Sequence record: JBEVCQ010000173.1
Strand: one strand, 5' to 3'
DNA: 32,000 bases
Below are positions 1-12,831 of the stretch, one piece after another. A model generated the notes under the pieces. The model saw nothing but the letters and a program-made list of their open reading frames with translations, ran no database searches and was not told where the DNA came from. Position 1 is the stretch's first letter. Each line of letters begins with the position of its first letter. The position numbers and the translations under genes are program-made.

Positions 1-3000
1 GTGCTTAATATAGTATGTATGTCTAGTAGGTATTCAGTGTGTTAGTGTTATAGTGCTTAATATAGTATGTATGTCTAGTAGGTATTCAGTGTGTTAGTGT
101 TATAGTGCTTAATATAGTATGTATGTCTAGTAGGTATTCAGTGTGTTAGTGTTATAGTGCTTAATATAGTATGTATGTCTAGTAGGTATTCAGTGTGTTA
201 GTGTTATAGTGCTTAATATAGTATGTATGTCTAGTAGGTATTCAGTGTGTTAGTGTTATAGTGCTTAATATAGTATGTATGTCTAGTAGGTATTCAGTGT
301 GTTAGTGTTATAGTGCTTAATATAGTATGTATGTCTAGTAGGTATTCAGTGTGTTAGTGTTATAGTGCTTAATATAGTATGTATGTCTAGTAGGTATTCA
401 GTGTGTTAGTGTTATAGTGCTTAATATAGTATGTATGTCTAGTAGGTATTCAGTGTGTTAGTGTTATAGTGCTTAATATAGTATGTATGTCTAGTAGGTA
501 TTCAGTGTGTTAGTGTTATAGTGCTTAATATAGTATGTATGTCTAGTAGGTATTCAGTGTGTTAGTGTTATAGTGCTTAATATAGTATGTATGTCTAGTA
601 GGTATTCAGTGTGTTAGTGTTATAGTGCTTAATATAGTATGTATGTCTAGTAGGTATTCAGTGTGTTAGTGTTATAGTGCTTAATATAGTATGTATGTCT
701 AGTAGGTATTCAGTGTGTTAGTGTTATAGTGCTTAATATAGTATGTATGTCTAGTAGGTATTCAGTGTGTTAGTGTTATAGTGCTTAATATAGTATGTAT
801 GTCTAGTAGGTATTCAGTGTGTTAGTGTTATAGTGCTTAATATAGTATGTATGTCTAGTAGGTATTCAGTGTGTTAGTGTTATAGTGCTTAATATAGTAT
901 GTATGTCTAGTAGGTATTCAGTGTGTTAGTGTTATAGTGCTTAATATAGTATGTATGTCTAGTAGGTATTCAGTGTGTTAGTGTTATAGTGCTTAATATA
1001 GTATGTATGTCTAGTAGGTATTCAGTGTGTTAGTGTTATAGTGCTTAATATAGTATGTATGTCTAGTAGGTATTCAGTGTGTTAGTGTTATAGTGCTTAA
1101 TATAGTATGTATGTCTAGTAGGTATTCAGTGTGTTAGTGTTATAGTGCTTAATATAGTATGTATGTCTAGTAGGTATTCAGTGTGTTAGTGTTATAGTGC
1201 TTAATATAGTATGTATGTCTAGTAGGTATTCAGTGTGTTAGTGTTATAGTGCTTAATATAGTATGTATGTCTAGTAGGTATTCAGTGTGTTAGTGTTATA
1301 GTGCTTAATATAGTATGTATGTCTAGTAGGTATTCAGTGTGTTAGTGTTATAGTGCTTAATATAGTATGTATGTCTAGTAGGTATTCAGTGTGTTAGTGT
1401 TATAGTGCTTAATATAGTATGTATGTCTAGTAGGTATTCAGTGTGTTAGTGTTATAGTGCTTAATATAGTATGTATGTCTAGTAGGTATTCAGTGTGTTA
1501 GTGTTATAGTGCTTAATATAGTATGTATGTCTAGTAGGTATTCAGTGTGTTAGTGTTATAGTGCTTAATATAGTATGTATGTCTAGTAGGTATTCAGTGT
1601 GTTAGTGTTATAGTGCTTAATATAGTATGTATGTCTAGTAGGTATTCAGTGTGTTAGTGTTATAGTGCTTAATATAGTATGTATGTCTAGTAGGTATTCA
1701 GTGTGTTAGTGTTATAGTGCTTAATATAGTATGTATGTCTAGTAGGTATTCAGTGTGTTAGTGTTATAGTGCTTAATATAGTATGTATGTCTAGTAGGTA
1801 TTCAGTGTGTTAGTGTTATAGTGCTTAATATAGTATGTATGTCTAGTAGGTATTCAGTGTGTTAGTGTTATAGTGCTTAATATAGTATGTATGTCTAGTA
1901 GGTATTCAGTGTGTTAGTGTTATAGTGCTTAATATAGTATGTATGTCTAGTAGGTATTCAGTGTGTTAGTGTTATAGTGCTTAATATAGTATGTATGTCT
2001 AGTAGGTATTCAGTGTGTTAGTGTTATAGTGCTTAATATAGTATGTATGTCTAGTAGGTATTCAGTGTGTTAGTGTTATAGTGCTTAATATAGTATGTAT
2101 GTCTAGTAGGTATTCAGTGTGTTAGTGTTATAGTGCTTAATATAGTATGTATGTCTAGTAGGTATTCAGTGTGTTAGTGTTATAGTGCTTAATATAGTAT
2201 GTATGTCTAGTAGGTATTCAGTGTGTTAGTGTTATAGTGCTTAATATAGTATGTATGTCTAGTAGGTATTCAGTGTGTTAGTGTTATAGTGCTTAATATA
2301 GTATGTATGTCTAGTAGGTATTCAGTGTGTTAGTGTTATAGTGCTTAATATAGTATGTATGTCTAGTAGGTATTCAGTGTGTTAGTGTTATAGTGCTTAA
2401 TATAGTATGTATGTCTAGTAGGTATTCAGTGTGTTAGTGTTATAGTGCTTAATATAGTATGTATGTCTAGTAGGTATTCAGTGTGTTAGTGTTATAGTGC
2501 TTAATATAGTATGTATGTCTAGTAGGTATTCAGTGTGTTAGTGTTATAGTGCTTAATATAGTATGTATGTCTAGTAGGTATTCAGTGTGTTAGTGTTATA
2601 GTGCTTAATATAGTATGTATGTCTAGTAGGTATTCAGTGTGTTAGTGTTATAGTGCTTAATATAGTATGTATGTCTAGTAGGTATTCAGTGTGTTAGTGT
2701 TATAGTGCTTAATATAGTATGTATGTCTAGTAGGTATTCAGTGTGTTAGTGTTATAGTGCTTAATATAGTATGTATGTCTAGTAGGTATTCAGTGTGTTA
2801 GTGTTATAGTGCTTAATATAGTATGTATGTCTAGTAGGTATTCAGTGTGTTAGTGTTATAGTGCTTAATATAGTATGTATGTCTAGTAGGTATTCAGTGT
2901 GTTAGTGTTATAGTGCTTAATATAGTATGTATGTCTAGTAGGTATTCAGTGTGTTAGTGTTATAGTGCTTAATATAGTATGTATGTCTAGTAGGTATTCA

Positions 3001-6000
3001 GTGTGTTAGTGTTATAGTGCTTAATATAGTATGTATGTCTAGTAGGTATTCAGTGTGTTAGTGTTATAGTGCTTAATATAGTATGTATGTCTAGTAGGTA
3101 TTCAGTGTGTTAGTGTTATAGTGCTTAATATAGTATGTATGTCTAGTAGGTATTCAGTGTGTTAGTGTTATAGTGCTTAATATAGTATGTATGTCTAGTA
3201 GGTATTCAGTGTGTTAGTGTTATAGTGCTTAATATAGTATGTATGTCTAGTAGGTATTCAGTGTGTTAGTGTTATAGTGCTTAATATAGTATGTATGTCT
3301 AGTAGGTATTCAGTGTGTTAGTGTTATAGTGCTTAATATAGTATGTATGTCTAGTAGGTATTCAGTGTGTTAGTGTTATAGTGCTTAATATAGTATGTAT
3401 GTCTAGTAGGTATTCAGTGTGTTAGTGTTATAGTGCTTAATATAGTATGTATGTCTAGTAGGTATTCAGTGTGTTAGTGTTATAGTGCTTAATATAGTAT
3501 GTATGTCTAGTAGGTATTCAGTGTGTTAGTGTTATAGTGCTTAATATAGTATGTATGTCTAGTAGGTATTCAGTGTGTTAGTGTTATAGTGCTTAATATA
3601 GTATGTATGTCTAGTAGGTATTCAGTGTGTTAGTGTTATAGTGCTTAATATAGTATGTATGTCTAGTAGGTATTCAGTGTGTTAGTGTTATAGTGCTTAA
3701 TATAGTATGTATGTCTAGTAGGTATTCAGTGTGTTAGTGTTATAGTGCTTAATATAGTATGTATGTCTAGTAGGTATTCAGTGTGTTAGTGTTATAGTGC
3801 TTAATATAGTATGTATGTCTAGTAGGTATTCAGTGTGTTAGTGTTATAGTGCTTAATATAGTATGTATGTCTAGTAGGTATTCAGTGTGTTAGTGTTATA
3901 GTGCTTAATATAGTATGTATGTCTAGTAGGTATTCAGTGTGTTAGTGTTATAGTGCTTAATATAGTATGTATGTCTAGTAGGTATTCAGTGTGTTAGTGT
4001 TATAGTGCTTAATATAGTATGTATGTCTAGTAGGTATTCAGTGTGTTAGTGTTATAGTGCTTAATATAGTATGTATGTCTAGTAGGTATTCAGTGTGTTA
4101 GTGTTATAGTGCTTAATATAGTATGTATGTCTAGTAGGTATTCAGTGTGTTAGTGTTATAGTGCTTAATATAGTATGTATGTCTAGTAGGTATTCAGTGT
4201 GTTAGTGTTATAGTGCTTAATATAGTATGTATGTCTAGTAGGTATTCAGTGTGTTAGTGTTATAGTGCTTAATATAGTATGTATGTCTAGTAGGTATTCA
4301 GTGTGTTAGTGTTATAGTGCTTAATATAGTATGTATGTCTAGTAGGTATTCAGTGTGTTAGTGTTATAGTGCTTAATATAGTATGTATGTCTAGTAGGTA
4401 TTCAGTGTGTTAGTGTTATAGTGCTTAATATAGTATGTATGTCTAGTAGGTATTCAGTGTGTTAGTGTTATAGTGCTTAATATAGTATGTATGTCTAGTA
4501 GGTATTCAGTGTGTTAGTGTTATAGTGCTTAATATAGTATGTATGTCTAGTAGGTATTCAGTGTGTTAGTGTTATAGTGCTTAATATAGTATGTATGTCT
4601 AGTAGGTATTCAGTGTGTTAGTGTTATAGTGCTTAATATAGTATGTATGTCTAGTAGGTATTCAGTGTGTTAGTGTTATAGTGCTTAATATAGTATGTAT
4701 GTCTAGTAGGTATTCAGTGTGTTAGTGTTATAGTGCTTAATATAGTATGTATGTCTAGTAGGTATTCAGTGTGTTAGTGTTATAGTGCTTAATATAGTAT
4801 GTATGTCTAGTAGGTATTCAGTGTGTTAGTGTTATAGTGCTTAATATAGTATGTATGTCTAGTAGGTATTCAGTGTGTTAGTGTTATAGTGCTTAATATA
4901 GTATGTATGTCTAGTAGGTATTCAGTGTGTTAGTGTTATAGTGCTTAATATAGTATGTATGTCTAGTAGGTATTCAGTGTGTTAGTGTTATAGTGCTTAA
5001 TATAGTATGTATGTCTAGTAGGTATTCAGTGTGTTAGTGTTATAGTGCTTAATATAGTATGTATGTCTAGTAGGTATTCAGTGTGTTAGTGTTATAGTGC
5101 TTAATATAGTATGTATGTCTAGTAGGTATTCAGTGTGTTAGTGTTATAGTGCTTAATATAGTATGTATGTCTAGTAGGTATTCAGTGTGTTAGTGTTATA
5201 GTGCTTAATATAGTATGTATGTCTAGTAGGTATTCAGTGTGTTAGTGTTATAGTGCTTAATATAGTATGTATGTCTAGTAGGTATTCAGTGTGTTAGTGT
5301 TATAGTGCTTAATATAGTATGTATGTCTAGTAGGTATTCAGTGTGTTAGTGTTATAGTGCTTAATATAGTATGTATGTCTAGTAGGTATTCAGTGTGTTA
5401 GTGTTATAGTGCTTAATATAGTATGTATGTCTAGTAGGTATTCAGTGTGTTAGTGTTATAGTGCTTAATATAGTATGTATGTCTAGTAGGTATTCAGTGT
5501 GTTAGTGTTATAGTGCTTAATATAGTATGTATGTCTAGTAGGTATTCAGTGTGTTAGTGTTATAGTGCTTAATATAGTATGTATGTCTAGTAGGTATTCA
5601 GTGTGTTAGTGTTATAGTGCTTAATATAGTATGTATGTCTAGTAGGTATTCAGTGTGTTAGTGTTATAGTGCTTAATATAGTATGTATGTCTAGTAGGTA
5701 TTCAGTGTGTTAGTGTTATAGTGCTTAATATAGTATGTATGTCTAGTAGGTATTCAGTGTGTTAGTGTTATAGTGCTTAATATAGTATGTATGTCTAGTA
5801 GGTATTCAGTGTGTTAGTGTTATAGTGCTTAATATAGTATGTATGTCTAGTAGGTATTCAGTGTGTTAGTGTTATAGTGCTTAATATAGTATGTATGTCT
5901 AGTAGGTATTCAGTGTGTTAGTGTTATAGTGCTTAATATAGTATGTATGTCTAGTAGGTATTCAGTGTGTTAGTGTTATAGTGCTTAATATAGTATGTAT

Positions 6001-6448
6001 GTCTAGTAGGTATTCAGTGTGTTAGTGTTATAGTGCTTAATATAGTATGTATGTCTAGTAGGTATTCAGTGTGTTAGTGTTATAGTGCTTAATATAGTAT
6101 GTATGTCTAGTAGGTATTCAGTGTGTTAGTGTTATAGTGCTTAATATAGTATGTATGTCTAGTAGGTATTCAGTGTGTTAGTGTTATAGTGCTTAATATA
6201 GTATGTATGTCTAGTAGGTATTCAGTGTGTTAGTGTTATAGTGCTTAATATAGTATGTATGTCTAGTAGGTATTCAGTGTGTTAGTGTTATAGTGCTTAA
6301 TATAGTATGTATGTCTAGTAGGTATTCAGTGTGTTAGTGTTATAGTGCTTAATATAGTATGTATGTCTAGTAGGTATTCAGTGTGTTAGTGTTATAGTGC
6401 TTAATATAGTATGTATGTCTAGTAGGTATTCAGTGTGTTAGTGTTATA
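1..6448. repeat. Mitochondrial telomere: tandem array of a 52-bp unit, 124 copies in the window, array truncated by the window start
   Basis: The unit gtgcttaatatagtatgtatgtctagtaggtattcagtgtgttagtgttata recurs with an exact 52-nt period. The printed 60-nt lines repeat every 780 nt, which is 15 units. No variant copy was seen by eye. The array ends at ...gtgttata|ataattaaat (6448|6449). It lies next to rnl/trnL, as in linear Tetrahymena-type mtDNA. Confidence 0.9.
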
Positions 6449-6477
6449 ATAATTAAATATTATAAAAATTTATAACT

Positions 6478-6544
6478 AGCCACTTTAAAGAATCGAACTT
6501 TATAGTTATGGGAAATGAGCCCACACCGGAACCATCCAAGCAGC
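6478..6544 (-). tRNA. trnM: tRNA-Met(CAU)-like with a reduced or atypical D-arm
   Basis: The minus strand reads gctgctt-gg-atggttccggt-gtggg-ctCATtt-cccat-aacta-taaag-ttcgatt-cttta-aagtggc. The acceptor stem has 7 bp including 2 G:U. The anticodon stem is 5 bp with CAU in a 7-nt loop. The T-arm is canonical (taaag/cttta, loop ttcgatt). Only about 11 nt are available for the D region. The body is 66 nt plus a discriminator base. Confidence 0.6.
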
Positions 6545-6559
6545 TTTAAAAAGATTTAA

Positions 6560-6842
6560 ATAAATTTACAGGACTTTCACCTTCTATGGTAAATTTTTCC
6601 AAATTTTTCAATTTTTAAAAATAATAAAACTTATAGTATTTACTCACCATTATACTATTCTCAATTGAGTTTTTAAAAATAATTACTATGATGTTTCACT
6701 TCATTATTTTTTTAACTTTATCTATTAATCTCCAATACATAAACATATCAATATGTTATTTACTAAATAGATATCGTAAATTTGTTTACGAAGAAGTTTA
6801 AATTCTAGGCATCCATCTAGTGCGTATTAAAATCAACTACTA
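6560..6842 (-). rRNA. rnl_a: LSU rRNA 5' fragment (rnl_a / LSU alpha, about 280 nt)
   Basis: The minus strand contains gtagttgattttaatacgcactagatggatgcctagaa, matching the 23S 5' end GGTTAAGCG...CACGGTGGATGCC. It also contains gaaggtgaaagtcctgta, matching 23S around position 240 (AGGGTGACAGCCCCGTA). The 5' end sits about 10 nt from trnL. The 3' end is approximate. Confidence 0.8.
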
Positions 6843-6849
6843 AATAATT

Positions 6850-6930
6850 TACTTATGACCGGGGTCGAACCGGCACTCCGTAGGAATGAGATTTTAAGTC
6901 CCACGCGTCTACCTATTCCGCCACATAAGT
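6850..6930 (-). tRNA. trnL: tRNA-Leu(UAA), class II with a long variable arm
   Basis: The minus strand reads acttatg tg gcggaataggtagacgc g tggga ctTAAaa tctca ttcctacggagtg ccgg ttcgacc ccgg t cataagt. The acceptor stem acttatg/cataagt is perfect, the anticodon is UAA, and the T-loop is ttcgacc. Confidence 0.92.
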
Positions 6931-6944
6931 TATAAAAACTAAAC

Positions 6945-9275
<2,331 letters not shown>

Positions 9276-9283
9276 AAAGGGAA

Positions 9284-9769
9284 TTAAAGTAAATTATATG
9301 TTATTAATAAAAACATTTTATAAGATAAGTTTTTAACTCTTTTTCGTGAAAAATGATTATGATAACAATCGAATAAAATCTCAGGATAAGTTTCATATTC
9401 TGATTTAAATTTTATAAAATTTTCTGAAGTATTAATAAAAATACGAGTATTAAAGTAAATAAACATTTTTAAAGTTAACATAAGTTCAATATTGTTAAAT
9501 TTATATGTGATTAATTTTTTAAAAAAATTAGTTTTGTATATAATAGTTATAAAATTTTTATTAAATATAAAAATTGATTTATTTAATTTATTTAAACAAT
9601 TTATACATTTTAATAAAGATATTAAAGCTTTAATTTCTTTATAATTAGTTAATTTAAAATATTTTATTAAATTAAAATTATTGTTTAAAGAATTTAAATT
9701 TGTATTAGTTTTTATTATTTTTTTATTTTCAATTAAAAATAGATTTAATTTTTTATTTATTATTAAAAA
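9284..9769 (-). CDS. Hypothetical ciliate-specific mitochondrial ORF (ymf-type). This is the maximal open frame; the only ATG is at 9481.
   Basis: Hand translation found about 160 codons with no TAA/TAG in sequence that is about 85% AT. The frame fills the whole gap between the nad4 stop (9774) and the rnl_b 5' end. Track ORF 9284..9481 is its C-terminal part. No family was recognised, and a non-ATG start (ATA/ATT) would be required for the full length. Confidence 0.4.
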   Translation of the reverse strand, partial: FLIINKKLNLFLIENKKIIKTNTNLNSLNNNFNLIKYFKLTNYKEIKALISLLKCINCLNKLNKSIFIFNKNFITIIYKTNFFKKLITYKFNNIELMLTLKMFIYFNTRIFINTSENFIKFKSEYETYPEILFDCYHNHFSRKRVKNLSYKMFLLITYNLL

Positions 9770-9773
9770 TTAA

Positions 9774-11291
9774 TTAAAAAAAAATTGATGAGAAATATGA
9801 AAAAATAAATAAAAAAAAAAAACAATATAATATTATATAAGATTCTTTAAATGTTAAATCCATTGGTAAATATTTAGTATTTTTTTTAGGCATACCAAAA
9901 GTAGCATTAAATCAAGATTTACTAAATCCTATTAACCCTAAAACATTTGCTACTAACATTAAAATAAAACAAATAAAAGGAGATGATTCTAATAAGCCAC
10001 TAAAAATATAAAATTCACTAATAAATTTTATTGTACCTGGAATACCTGAAAAGAAAACTAGCATAAAAAGTATTGATAGACCTAAGTTTGGAGTTATATG
10101 TAAAATACCGTTTACTTCAACTAAAGATCTTGTATGATATCTTCTATAAATACAATCAACTAAAAAAAACATTAATGCAGATAAAAATGCATGTGTTGCG
10201 CTAAATAAAATACCACCTAATATAGCATATGAATCACCTCAACAAAAAGCTAAATAAATTATATTCATTTCTTGTATAGTCCCGTAAGCTACTAATTTTT
10301 TTAAATCAGTTTGACCTCACATTTTTAAAGATGAATCAACAACACCCATAATACAAATAGCAATAAAAATTGATGAGTCGATATCTATAAAAATGGATGT
10401 ATTTAATTTGTAAAAACCATAAAGTGCAGTTTTAACTAAAAAACCACTTAAATAAATAGAAAAACCACTAGGTGCTTCTACGTGTGTTTTTGTTAATCAA
10501 TAATGAAAAGGTCAAATAGGCGCTTTAAATCCAAAACCTAAAAAAATTAAAAATATAATAATAGTAGATTCAGTATTAGTAAAATTAAAATATTTTAAAT
10601 CAGAAAATTCATAAGTATTAGTTATTGAAATTATATAAGCGATGGCTATTAAAACTAATAAAGAACCTAATTGTGTTCAAATAACAAAATATAATGAAGC
10701 TTGAATTGCTCTTCTACTTGGGCTAACAAAATATACAATTAAAAAAGAAGGTATTAAAAGTAATTCATAACTCATAAAAAATAATAAAATATTAGAAACA
10801 GTTACATAGACATAAACAATTAGTAAAAAAATTGTAAATGAAAAGACATATTTTATATTTTTTCAATATAATCTAGTATCAAGAGCTAGAATTGAAATAA
10901 AACCAACAATATAAGCTAAAGTTAATAATATTAATCCAAAAAAGTCGATTGTTATATTTGATTTAAAATATGAAGGTAATAAATTTGAATTTACTAACTC
11001 AATAGAATAAGTATTATATAAATTTATATCTGAAAAAATATTTAATGACATATTATATGAGTAAACACAATAAAATCAAAAAGAAATTATATGTATAAAA
11101 AATGAAATTAAAATACCTAATAAATTAGCTAATTTTAGGAAATTAAAAACAGAATTTTGATTCAAACTTTGAATTGAGATTATTTTTGAAAAATAAAAAA
11201 TAATTGATGAAATTAAAAATAAAAATAATAAAAAATAAAAATTAAACTCAATAAAAATTCTAGATAAATATATAGTGTTTAAATTAAACAT
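9774..11291 (-). CDS. nad4: NADH dehydrogenase subunit 4
   Basis: Track ORFs 9912..10172, 10863..11051 and 11076..11291 share one frame and join when TGA is read as Trp. The C-terminal motif FFSGIPGTIKFISEFYIFSGLL matches the ND4 consensus L.N.G.PGT..F.GE..I. The product is about 505 codons of polytopic hydrophobic protein. The TAA stop is at 9774-9776. Confidence 0.8.
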
Positions 11292-11301
11292 ACCTACCAG
11301 G

Positions 11302-11571
11302 TTATATAAATAAATATAAATTTGTTAAAAAAATTATTAAAAATAAACAAGGTATTGATTTTAAATATATATAATCAAAATATGTATTTTTATAAAAAAT
11401 TTTTAATTTTTTTAATTCTAAATTATTTAAACCTAATATATAGTACGCGATAGAACTACTTAATCTAGCTTTAAATAATCTCAAATTAATATAAGATCAT
11501 AAATTTATTTTTGCAATTGATGATGGTGTATCAGTTGAATTATATCAATATAAAAAAAGTCATCTAAACAT
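11302..11571 (-). CDS. Hypothetical small mitochondrial ORF (89 codons)
   Basis: An ATG at 11569-11571 lies immediately downstream of trnE, and the TAA at 11302-11304 lies 10 nt before the nad4 start. Two in-frame TGA codons are read as Trp. No family was recognised. Confidence 0.4.
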
Positions 11572-11574
11572 ATG

Positions 11575-11646
11575 TGCTCTTATTGGGAATCGAACCCAAG
11601 TTTACGGGGTGAAAACCCGTTGTCCTAACCGCTAGACGATAAGAGC
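11575..11646 (-). tRNA. trnE: tRNA-Glu(UUC)
   Basis: The minus strand reads gctctta tc gtct agcggtta ggac a acggg ttTTCac cccgt aaac ttggg ttcgatt cccaa taagagc. This is a fully canonical cloverleaf. Confidence 0.95.
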
Positions 11647-11674
11647 TTTGAATAATATTACTAAAATAAAAAAA

Positions 11675-12034
11675 TTAAATAGACCCACAAAAAGATGATA
11701 AAAATTTTTTTCTTTTTAAAGATACACTAACTGGTCCCATTAAAATTTTACCTTTAGGGGTTAATCTTTTTTTTAATAAAACTGTATTTAAAGATCTAAA
11801 TTTTATATAGCTACCGTCAATTTTTTTTATTTCATTTTTTCCAGTTACTATTATAGATTTTAATTTAGTTTTTTTTGGTACTCAATTATTAGGTCTTGTC
11901 TTTTTTACACTAACTTTAACAAAGTTACTAATATATGATTGTTTTCTAAATGAACCACCATATAAATGAAAAACCCTAACTGATCAAACACCGCATTTAT
12001 CTATTGGTTTTAAATTAGTTTCTTTTTGAACCAT
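11675..12034 (-). CDS. rpl14: Ribosomal protein uL14
   Basis: The translation is MVQKETNLKPIDKCGVWSVRVFHLYGG...KNEIKKIDGSYIKFRSLNTVLLKKRLTPKGKILMGPV.... It aligns with the bacterial L14 pattern MIQ..T.L.V.DNSGAK....V.GG ... DGS.I.F..N..VL.......P.G.RI.GPV. It has 119 codons. Confidence 0.85.
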
Positions 12035-12038
12035 TTAA

Positions 12039-12806
12039 TTAATATTTTTTTTTAATAGATCTTAAACTAGGGTTAAAATTTGTTTGATTGTTTAAATCTT
12101 GTTTTCGAATAAAAGAAAAATTTATAAAATCTTTAAAAAAATCAAACATAGTTAATAAATTAGATTGTTTAACAATAGTATAATTTTTATTAGATTTATA
12201 TAAATTAACGCAAGCCACACTACCTAATAATAATAGTAAACCTATAATAATAAATTCTGCACTATTAATAGAGTAATAACTTAATGTTAAAGGAGTAAAA
12301 TCATTCATAATAGTATTATTAAAACCTTCATAATAATCATCGTAAAAATCCATATAAGATAATTCTAAAGGTAAAAATAATTCTAATTCTGAGAAATAAT
12401 CAATATTAAAAAAAATTAAAAATAAAACTAATGATGGTAAAAAATATATAATATTATTTATATTATTATTGTATTTTAAGTGTAAACCATCAATATTTAA
12501 ATAAAATAATAGTACAACTGCTATAAAAATAATTGCAAATTCAGCAACTCATAAAAAACCAGTAAAAAGTTCAAGTTGATATAAACATAAAAATAAACCA
12601 AAAAATACTATTTCTAAAAATATATATAATAATATATAATATAAATTGTTATTTACTATTAAAAGATAAAATAAGTATAATATAAAAAATTGAATAATAA
12701 AATTTTCTAAAAAAAATAAAGGGGTTATAAAATCAATAATATGTATAATATATGAATTAAATTCAATTATATTTGAAAAATAAGATGTAATAGTTATTAA
12801 AAACAT
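12039..12806 (-). CDS. nad6: NADH dehydrogenase subunit 6-like hydrophobic protein
   Basis: Track ORFs 12039..12353 and 12549..12806 share a frame and join through TGA read as Trp, giving 255 codons. The segment GFLWVAEFAIIFIAVVLLF resembles the ND6 core motif (..VY.GAI.VLFLFV..). The assignment rests on weak motif similarity and gene context. Confidence 0.55.
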
Positions 12807-12831
12807 TTAAACTAAAGATAAATCTTTTAGT

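Noticed and set aside
1-6448. Could the regular array be a CRISPR array, a nuclear satellite or a bacterial repeat region?
   Set aside because: There are no unique spacers; the entire 52 nt repeats identically, so it is not CRISPR. It adjoins mitochondrial rRNA and tRNA genes directly, with a clean junction, and the window edge falls inside it. This fits a mitochondrial telomere of a linear ciliate mtDNA.
12470-12610. Apparent compensating +1/-1 homopolymer discrepancy in nad6 (a T-run near 12474 and an A-run near 12601) in my hand count
   Set aside because: The computed ORF track gives a continuous 85-aa frame across 12549..12806, and both track pieces share a frame. The discrepancy is most likely my own miscounting of homopolymers, not a real frameshift pair. 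Coordinates here follow the track.
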